Below are positions 9,897-19,199 of a stretch of DNA of 64,000 nt, one piece after another. The DNA is from Deltaproteobacteria bacterium RIFCSPHIGHO2_01_FULL_43_49 (GTDB lineage: Bacteria > UBA10199 > SPLOWO2-01-44-7): NCBI GenBank assembly GCA_001798075.1, contig MGRG01000005.1:193148-257147 (forward strand), given 5' to 3'. Position numbers and translations under genes: made by a program. Every line of letters starts with the position of its first letter. Within the stretch, counting starts at the first letter, position 1. The notes beneath the pieces were generated by a model. The model was not told the DNA's origin, made no database searches, and saw only the letters and a list, made by a program, of their open reading frames with translations.

Positions 9897-10795
9897 CGCT
9901 CCAGTGGGCCTTTCAATAACACTTCGTAATTGTGAGGAATAAGACTAAAAGAAAAGCCGTGCCAGTTGCTTTCATCAAAAAGTGGTTTGCAGGACTCTTC
10001 CCATTCCCTACTATTTTTGTGGACGAAATCTCCTTGCGGATTTCTGCAAAAATGCTGCTGTTCTGAAGCGATACGCGTAGCCACGGTTTCCTCTTTTCTT
10101 AAATATATATAGCCCTTTGACTCAATGGTAGCTTGAAGATTTAGCTGAGTCATTTGGGAAGGAAGAATATTTACAGGGCCTTCGATGAGTGATACCGAAA
10201 TTTTTGTTCGCTGTTTTTCAACGTCCTGCAAAATTTCTATATAGCCCCTTAAAGCACTTTCCGAGATGAATTCCATCTTCGTTTTATAATACAATTTCCC
10301 TTCAACCGCCATGTCTTCAAATTTTATGGAGTAATCTTTAAACCGGATGTTACTTGCCTCTGGTCCTGGAAGGTTTCCGGTTTTTTTCGAATTCCAGTCT
10401 ACTTCTGCAATTCTTTTCAACCCCCCCTCGTTTGTTATGTTCCAAATAGTCGCCGTTCGATCGTAGTAGGAATTTTGGCCTGTTCCATATTGGAGGTGAG
10501 CGAAATCAATCGATACTTTATAAATTGCTCCATCTCTTCCGGCGATTTTTCTCTCGAAAGGATATTGTATGGCTAAGTTGGAGGAGTCTTGAGGATAAAA
10601 ATCAAGAAATTTCAAGACAAAGTCTTGCCGCTTGGTGGGCACTTCAAGAAGGTTTGTTAAAAATTGAGTCAACTCTTGAGGGTTTTTTGTTTTTAGAGAT
10701 GTACTTTCCGATTGTGATTGGGAGGAATTGATAAAAAGGGATAAAAAAAGGAGGGCTAGCCCTCCTCTCCACAACATCGCTATTTTTGAACTCAC
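9893..10795 (-). CDS. Hypothetical exported protein
   Basis: 300-aa ORF with signal-peptide-like N-terminus. Confidence 0.65.
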   Translation of the reverse strand: MSSKIAMLWRGGLALLFLSLFINSSQSQSESTSLKTKNPQELTQFLTNLLEVPTKRQDFVLKFLDFYPQDSSNLAIQYPFERKIAGRDGAIYKVSIDFAHLQYGTGQNSYYDRTATIWNITNEGGLKRIAEVDWNSKKTGNLPGPEASNIRFKDYSIKFEDMAVEGKLYYKTKMEFISESALRGYIEILQDVEKQRTKISVSLIEGPVNILPSQMTQLNLQATIESKGYIYLRKEETVATRIASEQQHFCRNPQGDFVHKNSREWEESCKPLFDESNWHGFSFSLIPHNYEVLLKGPLER

Positions 10796-10909
10796 AAGCT
10801 AATTATAACGAGGAAAAGCTTGGCAAAGAATGGGTTAAATAATACCTTTTATATTTCAATGAGTTGGGATAGGGATCGAGTGGCGGGTCTTGGGAACACC
10901 CACGACATT

Positions 10910-11731
10910 ATGAGTGAAATAAAGAAACATTTAATTACACTTTCGAGCGATTTTGGGTCGGGAAACATCGGCTGTGGGGCGATGGAGGCGATAATTTTTG
11001 AAATCTGTCCTGAGGCCAAAGTCGTTCATTTGTGCCACACGATTAGAGGTTTTGACATCAAAGAAGGGGCCAGAATGTTGGAAGGTGTAGCGAAGCTGCC
11101 GATTGGTTTTCATGTGGGAGTTGTTGATCCAGGTGTTGGAACAAAACGAAAAGGAATTGCAATTCAAACCAAACGAGGTGATTTTTTGATCGGTCCCGAT
11201 AATGGTTTGTTAAGACCGGCTGCAGAATTTTTGGGTGGGATCATAAAAGCTTGGGAACTGTCTAACGATCAGTTTCATCGCAAACCGGTCTCTCCCATTT
11301 TTCACGGAAGAGATATTTTCGCACCGGTTGCCGCCTATCTTGCAAAAGGAATTTCGCCCGACGAATTAGGACCAAAAATAAATAGTGATGGACTCATTGC
11401 TGCCCCCTACCATGAAGCACTTTGGAATGGTGATCAAATTGAGGCCGAAGTGATCCATATTAATGGAAATGGCTCTGTTTTTTTGAATATCAAAGCAGAA
11501 GAATTTACAAAAAGGGCAAAACAAGGGGATAAAATAGCTTTTCACTTACCGCCAGGTACCAGGTACCACACGGTAAATTTTCAGAGGACTTTTGGGGAGG
11601 TGGCAAAAGGCGAACCAGTCATATTGAAAGACGATTTTGGCAGAATTGAACTCGCTATCAACCAAGACAATTTTGCTTTGACTTTTGATATCAAACGAGG
11701 GCAGAAATTGATTTTGAAAAAGGAGAAATAA
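10910..11731 (+). CDS. SAM hydroxide adenosyltransferase (DUF62, SAM-dependent halogenase superfamily)
   Basis: ITLSSDFG, VVDPGVGTKR, GPDNGLL, FHGRDIFAP. Confidence 0.92.
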   Translation: MSEIKKHLITLSSDFGSGNIGCGAMEAIIFEICPEAKVVHLCHTIRGFDIKEGARMLEGVAKLPIGFHVGVVDPGVGTKRKGIAIQTKRGDFLIGPDNGLLRPAAEFLGGIIKAWELSNDQFHRKPVSPIFHGRDIFAPVAAYLAKGISPDELGPKINSDGLIAAPYHEALWNGDQIEAEVIHINGNGSVFLNIKAEEFTKRAKQGDKIAFHLPPGTRYHTVNFQRTFGEVAKGEPVILKDDFGRIELAINQDNFALTFDIKRGQKLILKKEK

Positions 11732-11964
11732 TGAGCAACATCAAATGTCTTCGTTGCGGTGCTGAAGCTACCCCACCCGATTTTGTTCCCTACAGCGGTC
11801 CTTTGAAAGAGGCCATTGTGAAACAAGTTTGCGGCCAATGCTGGGAAGAGTGGAAAAAAATGAGTGTGATGGTAGTCAATGAATATAAACTGACACCCTT
11901 TTTGCCCCAACATCGCGAAATTTTAGAACAACAGATGAAGGAATTTTTAAACCTCCAACTGTGA
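11731..11964 (+). CDS. Fe(II)-trafficking / oxidative damage protection protein (YggX-like)
   Basis: CGQCWEEWK...VNEYKL...REILEQQMKEFL. Confidence 0.85.
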   Translation: MSNIKCLRCGAEATPPDFVPYSGPLKEAIVKQVCGQCWEEWKKMSVMVVNEYKLTPFLPQHREILEQQMKEFLNLQL

Positions 11965-12977
11965 GACCCAATCTAAATCTTCTCAAAAATGTTTTGAGTT
12001 TGCCCACGGCTCCTTTTCATGAACAAGCCGTTATCCATTTTATCAAAAGCTTTTGTGCCAAATTAGGTGTGGTCTGCAAGCAAGATCGTTTTGGCAATCT
12101 CAAAGCCATTTACAAAAGGGGGAAACAAAAACCGATTGCCTTTACAGCTCACATGGATCACCCAGGCTTTGAAGTGTTGCAGACTAATCGGTTAGGGGCA
12201 AAAGTTCGTTTGCTAGGAGGTGTTCCAGACAAATATTTTCTTAAAGCGCGGGTTGTTCTTGTTGACCAAGATGGTTTAACTAAAGGTCGTGTTTTAAAAA
12301 TTCTAAATAAAAAGAAAAGAGAGTTTTGGGTTCAAACAAAAAGACCTGTTCGAAAAAAAACCTTTGGCTATCTTGACTTGCCCGCTTTCCAGCTTCGCAA
12401 AGGAATGATCCACACCAAAGCAGCCGATAATCTGATGAGTGTCGCCATTCTTTTGAATCTCCTGGAAAAGCTTGTTCGGAAAAAAGCCAGGGCAAATGTC
12501 GTCTGCCTTTTCACGCGGGCTGAAGAAGTCGGTTTCATTGGGGCCTCAAAGGCAATTCAGAATCGGTTTTTGCCGCGAAATATCCCGATTGTTGTTTTGG
12601 AAACAAGTTCCGCCAAGGCTGGAAAAGTCGAGATTGGCAGTGGGCCCGTGCTTAGAGTAGGCGATCGCTTTTCCAGTTTTTCTTGGGAGATGGACTTGTG
12701 TTTAAGATTAGTAGCGCAAGAATTAAAATCAAAAGAAAAAAGTTTTGAGTATCAAAGGGGGCTTTTAGCCGGTGGGCGCTGCGAAGCAAGTCTTTATGTT
12801 GTCAAAAAATATCTTGTGGGAGGGCTGGCCCTTCCTTTGGGTAACTATCATAATGTCGGTGCCAAAAGTTATGCCACAGAATATGTGAGTCTAAAGGATT
12901 ATCAAAATTTGCTGAAGTGGTTGATCTTTCTGTCGGCCAATTTTCCAAAGACTTTAAAGAGGTTAATAAAAAAGTAG
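11961..12977 (+). CDS. M20/M42-family metallopeptidase
   Basis: AHMDHPGF, ADNL, RAEEVGF, GNYHN. Confidence 0.85.
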   Translation: MRPNLNLLKNVLSLPTAPFHEQAVIHFIKSFCAKLGVVCKQDRFGNLKAIYKRGKQKPIAFTAHMDHPGFEVLQTNRLGAKVRLLGGVPDKYFLKARVVLVDQDGLTKGRVLKILNKKKREFWVQTKRPVRKKTFGYLDLPAFQLRKGMIHTKAADNLMSVAILLNLLEKLVRKKARANVVCLFTRAEEVGFIGASKAIQNRFLPRNIPIVVLETSSAKAGKVEIGSGPVLRVGDRFSSFSWEMDLCLRLVAQELKSKEKSFEYQRGLLAGGRCEASLYVVKKYLVGGLALPLGNYHNVGAKSYATEYVSLKDYQNLLKWLIFLSANFPKTLKRLIKK

Positions 12978-13059
12978 CGGGTCCTGTCCCTCCGTGTTTC
13001 TGTGGGGGCCCCTAACTAAACCCCACAGCAAACACTCCGGGCCACCCGCTAGTTTTTTA
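12967..13059 (-). repeat. ~90-nt palindromic repeat, copy B (reverse orientation)
   Basis: Reverse complement of the copy A core; lies between convergent genes and contains the peptidase stop codon. Confidence 0.9.
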
Positions 13060-13067
13060 CTCATTTA

Positions 13068-14201
13068 TTAAAAAACGTAACCAAGTGATAAGCGATAGCT
13101 GGAGCTGGTTTCCCTGTTGTTTCTGTTTTCTCCTTGTGCCTCGAACCCAACAGAATAAGCCCCCAGAAATTCAAATTGGACTCCGCCACCACCAATGTGT
13201 GCCTTGTAATTCACAAAGGGGTTTCCGATTCGGCCTGCCTCAAAACCTCTTTGGGCATAAGAATAAAAACCATAAATGGATAGAAATTCTGTCGGCACCA
13301 CTTTGAGTTCGGCAAATCCTCCATGAAAATTTCTGGAGGTTGTCCCCACCATTAAATTTTGAAATTCGTAACCCCCACCAATCCGCAGGAATTCCATCGG
13401 TTCAAAAAATAGGGCCGGACGAAGCGTGTGCGTATTGGCGCGGGTGAAGTCTTGAAACCGGTAGTGAAATTCCGGCGTCACCTTCCAAATAGTATGAGCA
13501 ATGCCCACTTCGTAATTTTGTCTCGGAAGAATATCAACTTCCGGGGCAAACCCCAAACTCAAATCAAAACGCGTTTTTTCTTTCAGATAATAATGACCAA
13601 AGAGTCTTGTATCAAAACCATCTCTGCCGAAGCGCTGGATATAGGCACTATAAAGTCCCAAGCCATATGTCTTTTCTCTTTCGATTCGGATTTGTTGAAA
13701 CTCACCTTGAGTCTGCGACGAGTAAGAAGGATTTTCAGTGATATAACCACCTTCAATCACAATTCGTGATTTTCTCTCAAGTTGTGGTTGGACCGCTTCA
13801 CTCTCTTCGTTGCCAGGTTCTATTTTTTCAGCTTTATCAAAAAAATCTCTAGCCTTTTTTTGTTTGCCCATGGCCAGATAGGCCTTGCCTGTTCCCACTA
13901 GTGCCGGAACATTTTTAGAATCGAGCTCCAAGACTTTTTCATAAGTTTTAACCGCCTCTTCATAATTGCCTTGCCAATATTGGACTTGGGCCAGACCTGA
14001 GAGGGCCCCCAAGTTTTCGGGATCATGGTGTAAAACCCCCTCATAGAGGCTTTGTGCCCCCTCGTAGTCTCCTGCCTCCTCTTTTTCCTGGGCTTGGCTC
14101 ATTATCCTTTCCGAATCGCCTTTAGGAGAAGTGAAGCCATTGGAAAAAGGTAGGAGGCAAAAGCCAAAAACCATTATGAAAACAAGGAGTAATACACGCA
14201 T
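13068..14201 (-). CDS. TPR + YaiO-like outer-membrane beta-barrel protein
   Basis: GGAGG RBS, signal peptide, about 3 TPRs, beta-rich C-terminus ending YVF. Confidence 0.8.
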   Translation of the reverse strand: MRVLLLVFIMVFGFCLLPFSNGFTSPKGDSERIMSQAQEKEEAGDYEGAQSLYEGVLHHDPENLGALSGLAQVQYWQGNYEEAVKTYEKVLELDSKNVPALVGTGKAYLAMGKQKKARDFFDKAEKIEPGNEESEAVQPQLERKSRIVIEGGYITENPSYSSQTQGEFQQIRIEREKTYGLGLYSAYIQRFGRDGFDTRLFGHYYLKEKTRFDLSLGFAPEVDILPRQNYEVGIAHTIWKVTPEFHYRFQDFTRANTHTLRPALFFEPMEFLRIGGGYEFQNLMVGTTSRNFHGGFAELKVVPTEFLSIYGFYSYAQRGFEAGRIGNPFVNYKAHIGGGGVQFEFLGAYSVGFEAQGENRNNRETSSSYRLSLGYVF

Positions 14202-14248
14202 TTCATTTCCTCCTCCAGGGTTTAACCATATTTTGTTGCGAAAATCAC

Positions 14249-14275
14249 GCAACTTTTTTCTAATTTGCTCGATAA
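14249..14275 (+). promoter_or_regulatory. Shared sigma-28-like promoter motif, copy 2
   Basis: GCAACTTTTTTCTAATTTG-CTCGATAA, same spacing as the other copies. Confidence 0.65.
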
Positions 14276-14296
14276 AACCTAGGGAGCATAAAATCA

Positions 14297-15016
14297 ATGA
14301 ATAGCGGAGGACTAGTAACCATTTTTCAACTAGCTGTTCCACAACAGTTAGCCCTTTTAGAGACGGCAACGAATTTGCTTGCAGTCGATTTGAGTACCCT
14401 TGTTGCGGATGGGAATGAGGCCGGTTTGGCCTTCGCGCTGGCTCCTGCCGCAGATGTTTATGGAGAGGATCATTTACTGAGTAGGGCTAGAGAGATTGCA
14501 GGTTTAGCAAAAACAGATCCTGGCGAGGCAGCTGCAAGCAAACAAAGACTTGTAAGAGAGTTTGTCTCGTTGGTTGAGCAGTCTTCAGCTCCCAACCCCC
14601 CTCCACATCAGCTGATATATCTAAAAAGGGTTTTAGGTTTGATGGAGACGACAACAAGGGTTGTGCGTATGGGTATCGATGTTGCGAACGCCATCGCTTT
14701 AAACAATCAGTTGGAAAATGTTTTTCGGACTTTGCAGGAAAGGGGAATCCCCGTCGACATTTTCATTATCGACAGGGACCGCGAGGTAACGGTAAGAAGT
14801 AAATTAATTCACATTGAGGGAGATCCTTCAGGCACTCAAAGACGGATGATCGTGGAAGCCAAAGTAATTAAGGGGAGCATGGAAGGAGAACGCGATTCCT
14901 ATTCGGTAATTTTTTCCGACAGGACACACCCGTTACCTATGGAGCTTAGTAAAGATGTGGAACTCGGTAATCTTAGCTTTAACATCACCTTATTCATTGA
15001 TGGACTACTACTATAA
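14297..15016 (+). CDS. Orphan protein: shared N-terminal domain plus unrelated alpha/beta C-terminus
   Basis: 239-aa ORF, AGGGAG RBS; N-terminus aligns with the 7298 protein. Confidence 0.75.
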   Translation: MNSGGLVTIFQLAVPQQLALLETATNLLAVDLSTLVADGNEAGLAFALAPAADVYGEDHLLSRAREIAGLAKTDPGEAAASKQRLVREFVSLVEQSSAPNPPPHQLIYLKRVLGLMETTTRVVRMGIDVANAIALNNQLENVFRTLQERGIPVDIFIIDRDREVTVRSKLIHIEGDPSGTQRRMIVEAKVIKGSMEGERDSYSVIFSDRTHPLPMELSKDVELGNLSFNITLFIDGLLL

Positions 15017-15028
15017 AAAGGAGATTTC

Positions 15029-15496
15029 TTGAGACGATATTTTTGCTGTTTGGTTTTGGTCCTGTTGGGATTTGTCAAAACACTGTCCGCGGATTCAGGT
15101 ATGGATCATGCCTTGACGACAACGGTTGCCAGAAAAACTTTGCAAGAGGTGATGATGGCGATTGCCAAAGATATCGAGGAGCTTCAAGGAGATTTTCCAC
15201 AATTAAAAAAATGGAATGATGCCGAAATTTCTCCCGAAGGAATTTATTACCAATATCATTACACAGCTGGGCGATATCCTTTTGCCGAAGAAGAGTTTGG
15301 AAAGAACGGATGCCATCTTGCCATCGATACAAAAGATCAGCTACAGGCATCAGCCTCTCCTCAAATCCTTGGCGAATTAAAACTGGGGATTTATTTGAAG
15401 TTTAAGGCCGTTGGGAAAGATGCGGAAGAGTTAAAAAGACTTATTCAAGAAATCGTTGCTAAACGTTTTGAAATGATCAGGAACCTAAACTCTTAG
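15029..15496 (+). CDS. Hypothetical exported protein
   Basis: AAGGAG RBS with TTG start, signal peptide. Confidence 0.7.
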   Translation: MRRYFCCLVLVLLGFVKTLSADSGMDHALTTTVARKTLQEVMMAIAKDIEELQGDFPQLKKWNDAEISPEGIYYQYHYTAGRYPFAEEEFGKNGCHLAIDTKDQLQASASPQILGELKLGIYLKFKAVGKDAEELKRLIQEIVAKRFEMIRNLNS

Positions 15497-15543
15497 GTAA
15501 GCTTCAAAGTTGCTATTTATCCAAAATTTGGTATCAAACCCAA

Positions 15544-15927
15544 ATGGCAGATCCTCTTATCCAAAAAGCCCTAGAGGCCAGAAAGAATGCCTATTCGCCT
15601 TATTCCAAATTTGCCGTGGGGGCGGCTTTGGAGGCCCAAGATGGAACAGTCTTCACTGGCTGCAATGTTGAAAATGCCTCCTATGGTTTGACAATCTGTG
15701 CGGAGAGGGTGGCATTGGCCAAAGCCATTTCTCAAGGGGTCACGAAATTTAAAAGGCTGGCAGTCGTTGCCGACTATCCAGAGCCGGTTCCGCCGTGTGG
15801 CATGTGTCGCCAAGCTTTGTTTGAGTTTGCGCCAGAGCTTGAATTGATTCTGGCCAATACCAAAGGGGAATCAGAAAAAACGATACTCTCCAAACTTCTT
15901 CCAAATGCCTTTCAACTGAAACGCTAG
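15544..15927 (+). CDS. cdd: Cytidine deaminase (homotetrameric type)
   Basis: AYSPYSKF, NVENASYG, CAER, PCGMCRQ. Confidence 0.97.
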   Translation: MADPLIQKALEARKNAYSPYSKFAVGAALEAQDGTVFTGCNVENASYGLTICAERVALAKAISQGVTKFKRLAVVADYPEPVPPCGMCRQALFEFAPELELILANTKGESEKTILSKLLPNAFQLKR

Positions 15928-15943
15928 GTTATTTTTTGCTCCA

Positions 15944-17116
15944 CTAGTATAAAAGGTAGGGCTTACGTTGTCTTACAAAAGAGGAAGAAGGTTCTGCCAC
16001 CCATTCTAAAAGTTCTCTCAAAGGAAGATGCTTTTCCAGTGCCTGGCGCACGGTTGCATCACCTGTTAATAAATCGATTGCCGGAATGTCTTCTATAAAT
16101 TCATAGGGCTCCAGTCTCCATTGGAAGCCTTTATCGTGATAGAGGGTGTACAAAGCCCATATCAAAGCAATACCGGTAACATAAGGCTTGAAAATTTCCC
16201 GATCCGTAACTTTCAGGCGAACACCAAAACATTTTTGACCTACCCATTTTTGGAGTGTCGGCGTGAATTCAACAGGCTCAAACTGAACTCCGGGCAGGCG
16301 AAATTCACTTAAGGATTCTAGACATTCTGCTGGTTTAACAAATGGAGCCCCCGTAATTTCAAATGGGATGTCTGTTCCTCTTCCCTCTGAGATGTTTGTC
16401 CCTTCCAGTAAACAAGTCCCCGGATACAATAGCGCTTGCAAAGGCGAGCGCATGTTTGGAGAGGGGTTGGTCCATTTCAAACCGGTTTGATCCCAAAACC
16501 ATTCGCGCTGCCAACCTTCCATTGGCATCACTGTCAGATCACAATTCAAATCTTCCGTGTCATTGATCATGCGGGCCATTTCGCCAATTGTCATCCCGTG
16601 CCGCACCGGCATTGGGTAGAGCCCCACAAAAGAAGTGTAGCCTTCTTTGTTGCTCTCCCCCTCAACAGAAAGACCATTAATTGGATTGGGCCTGTCACAA
16701 ACAATCACCTCTTTTTTATATTTAGCACAAGCTTCCATGCACATGGTGGTCGTCCAAATATAGGTGTAGTAGCGAGCTCCAACATCTTGCAAATCAATCA
16801 CCAAGCAGTCGATATTTTTAAGCATCTCTTCGGTTGGTTTCAGTTCCTTTTCGGAATGGCCATAAAGACTGTAAAGAGGCAACCCCGTTGGTTTGTGGGT
16901 GCCAGAGTGGACCGGCTCCATGTCTTGAGCTGAAGTAGTAATGCCGTGTTCGGGTCCAAAAAGGGTTGTGACTTTCCAATCTTTTGAGTCAACAAGTAAG
17001 TCCAGGATATGTTGGCCCTTTGAATTGACACTGGCTTGATGGCCCAAAATGCCAACTCTTTTTCCCTTCAATTTGTCTTTGAAATCTCTAGTTAAAATGT
17101 CGAGCCCAAGTAGCAT
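15944..17116 (-). CDS. DUF1343 / NamZ-family exo-beta-N-acetylmuramidase
   Basis: LFGPEHG, DLQDVGARYYTY, DRPNP, RHGMTIGE, SPNM, SEGRGT. Confidence 0.92.
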   Translation of the reverse strand: MLLGLDILTRDFKDKLKGKRVGILGHQASVNSKGQHILDLLVDSKDWKVTTLFGPEHGITTSAQDMEPVHSGTHKPTGLPLYSLYGHSEKELKPTEEMLKNIDCLVIDLQDVGARYYTYIWTTTMCMEACAKYKKEVIVCDRPNPINGLSVEGESNKEGYTSFVGLYPMPVRHGMTIGEMARMINDTEDLNCDLTVMPMEGWQREWFWDQTGLKWTNPSPNMRSPLQALLYPGTCLLEGTNISEGRGTDIPFEITGAPFVKPAECLESLSEFRLPGVQFEPVEFTPTLQKWVGQKCFGVRLKVTDREIFKPYVTGIALIWALYTLYHDKGFQWRLEPYEFIEDIPAIDLLTGDATVRQALEKHLPLRELLEWVAEPSSSFVRQRKPYLLY

Positions 17117-17174
17117 GGCGGGATGCGCATATCATAACTTGCCTGGTTGTCAAAGTGTGCTATGGAAACCCGCC

Positions 17175-17588
17175 ATGCATATTTCTCGCAAACAACATTT
17201 TATTGACGCCGCCCTTTTGTGGACGATCACAGGTTCTGCGCTCGGTTTTTTTGGGATGAAGTGGGTTGTATTGGGGTTTCCTCAAAAATGGGCTCTTATA
17301 TGGATTGGTGTTTGTATTGCAGTCGGTTTTCTTAAAGGACATTTTGCCATTGCCCGTTCTGCAGATCGCGCCATTCAAAGAATTCAGAATTTTCCGGAGC
17401 GCACCCCCTTCTTCAAAGTCTTTGGCAAAGGACAGTGGATTTTGGTAACAGCGATGATGGGGTTGGGAATGATTTTGCGCGTTTTGCATGTTGATAAAAG
17501 CTACCGCGGAATTGTTTTAAGTATTGTGGGTGTTGCTTTGCTATGGGCCTCTCGGGAATTTTGGAAAGCAGCATGCAAGCAATCCTGA
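17175..17588 (+). CDS. Small four-TM membrane protein
   Basis: Four hydrophobic segments; overlaps the start of the RidA gene. Confidence 0.7.
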   Translation: MHISRKQHFIDAALLWTITGSALGFFGMKWVVLGFPQKWALIWIGVCIAVGFLKGHFAIARSADRAIQRIQNFPERTPFFKVFGKGQWILVTAMMGLGMILRVLHVDKSYRGIVLSIVGVALLWASREFWKAACKQS

Positions 17589-17959
17589 CAGAAAAAGCAC
17601 CCAAACCGATTGGTCCTTACTCTCAAGCAATTCTTGCCAACGGCTTTCTTTTTTTATCGGGCCAAATTCCAATCGACCCTAAAACAAATGCGGTTTCCCT
17701 TTTTGATGGAGATGTTGGAAAGCAAACGGAACTTGTTTTAAAAAATATTCAAGCCATTCTCGATTCGCAAAAACTTTCTTTAGCCTCGGTTGTTAAAACG
17801 TCCATTTTTTTGAAAGATTTATCTCAATTTAATAAGGTCAACGAAATCTACGCCAAATTTTTTGGGCCTCACAAACCTGCCCGCACAACGGTTGAAGTTT
17901 CAAACCTTCCAAAAGGTGCGGCGATAGAAATCGAAGCAATCGCTATTGCTGTTGTTTAG
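17573..17959 (+). CDS. RidA/YjgF-family reactive intermediate deaminase
   Basis: APKPIGPYSQA, SGQIP, PARTTVEV, IEIEAIA. Confidence 0.95.
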   Translation: MQAILTEKAPKPIGPYSQAILANGFLFLSGQIPIDPKTNAVSLFDGDVGKQTELVLKNIQAILDSQKLSLASVVKTSIFLKDLSQFNKVNEIYAKFFGPHKPARTTVEVSNLPKGAAIEIEAIAIAVV

Positions 17960-19116
17960 ACAAGTTCGGGTAAAACCTTCTCAAAAAAATCTTTATAGGA
18001 AAGAGCACATTCTCCCTTTGAAAACACTTGTCGAGTTTGCCCAGTGTAAACTAAAAATTTATCTACTTTCTTGTGGGCGACACTTTCAAAAGAACGAAGC
18101 CCTTTCATGTCAACCTCTTGCGCATTTTTTGAGAGCTTACATTCAATAGCAATGAGTTTTTCCCCAATGTCTAAGATAAAATCAACTTCGACACCCGTGT
18201 CTGTGCGGTAGGCGCTAAATTTCCACTCTTTCTTTTCAGAGTGAATAAAATGAATGCATTCAAGGCAGACCCATTGTTCAAAGAGTTTGCCTGTTTCAAT
18301 AGGGCTTAGTTTTTGCTTGTGTAGCCCCAAAATGGCATTCCTCACCCCCATATCAAAAAAAACAAAGCGATCGCGTTGACTCACACGTCTTTTACTGGAA
18401 GTTGGCCTAAAGGGGGGAATTCTAAAAACGATTAATGTTTCCTCAAGGATAGTGTAGAATCTTCGGATTGTCTCTTTGGGGATTTCGCTATCGTTTGCTA
18501 TTTTGCTGTAATTGACCCACTCGCCACTGCTTTGCGCAGCTAAATCAAGAAAACGGGCATACGCCCCGATGTTTTTGGCAATGGCTTCACTTTGAATTTC
18601 CTCTCTCAAATAAGTATTGGCATAACTAGAAAGGGTTTCGGCCCCTTCTTCCTCATCTAGATAGACTCCAGGGAGTGAGCCAGTTTGCAACGCTTTTTCT
18701 AAGTTAAAGAGAGAGCCTAGTTCCCAGAAAGAAAGTGGATCTAAATACTCTAGCAAAATCCGTCCGGGAAGAAGATTGGCTCCACCCCGTTTTAATTTGC
18801 GTGCACTGGAACCAGTCAAAATAAATCGGTGTGGAGAGCCAACATCTAGATGAGCTTGAAGAGTATTCAATAGCGAAGGGATTCTCTGAATTTCATCGAA
18901 GACAATTAAGGAGGGTTTGTCGATTGCCGCTAGTTCCCTTTTTATTTTCCCCGGATCTTTTGAATAAGAGAGATAGAGTTCTTCATCGGCCAAATTAATA
19001 ATGAGGTTTGGATTTAGGGATTGGGCGAGTGTTGATTTTCCAACTTGGCGTGGACCAAGCAAGAGTATGTTTTTATTAGATTTTTTTAGTGAGTCGGTTA
19101 TTTTGCGAACTATCAT
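17956..19116 (-). CDS. AAA ATPase with DUF4143 domain
   Basis: GPRQVGKS, DEIQ, TGSS, EVDF, IECK; likely start MIVRKI. Confidence 0.92.
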   Translation of the reverse strand: MIVRKITDSLKKSNKNILLLGPRQVGKSTLAQSLNPNLIINLADEELYLSYSKDPGKIKRELAAIDKPSLIVFDEIQRIPSLLNTLQAHLDVGSPHRFILTGSSARKLKRGGANLLPGRILLEYLDPLSFWELGSLFNLEKALQTGSLPGVYLDEEEGAETLSSYANTYLREEIQSEAIAKNIGAYARFLDLAAQSSGEWVNYSKIANDSEIPKETIRRFYTILEETLIVFRIPPFRPTSSKRRVSQRDRFVFFDMGVRNAILGLHKQKLSPIETGKLFEQWVCLECIHFIHSEKKEWKFSAYRTDTGVEVDFILDIGEKLIAIECKLSKNAQEVDMKGLRSFESVAHKKVDKFLVYTGQTRQVFSKGECALSYKDFFEKVLPELV

Positions 19117-19163
19117 ATAGGTCATATACATTGAAAATGACCTAAGCGCAAGTCAAAATGGGA

Positions 19164-19190
19164 GCAACTTTTCTCAAAATTTGCCGATAA
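19164..19190 (+). promoter_or_regulatory. Shared sigma-28-like promoter motif, copy 3 (perfect GCCGATAA)
   Basis: GCAACTTTTCTCAAAATTT-GCCGATAA, 9 nt before the ATG at 19200. Confidence 0.75.
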
Positions 19191-19199
19191 CTATAAGGA

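Noticed and set aside
15506..15513. Other GCAACTTT matches (minus strand here; also near 26701, 31516, 51737, 59066)
   Set aside because: They lack the CCGAT-like box at the fixed spacing, and most lie inside CDSs
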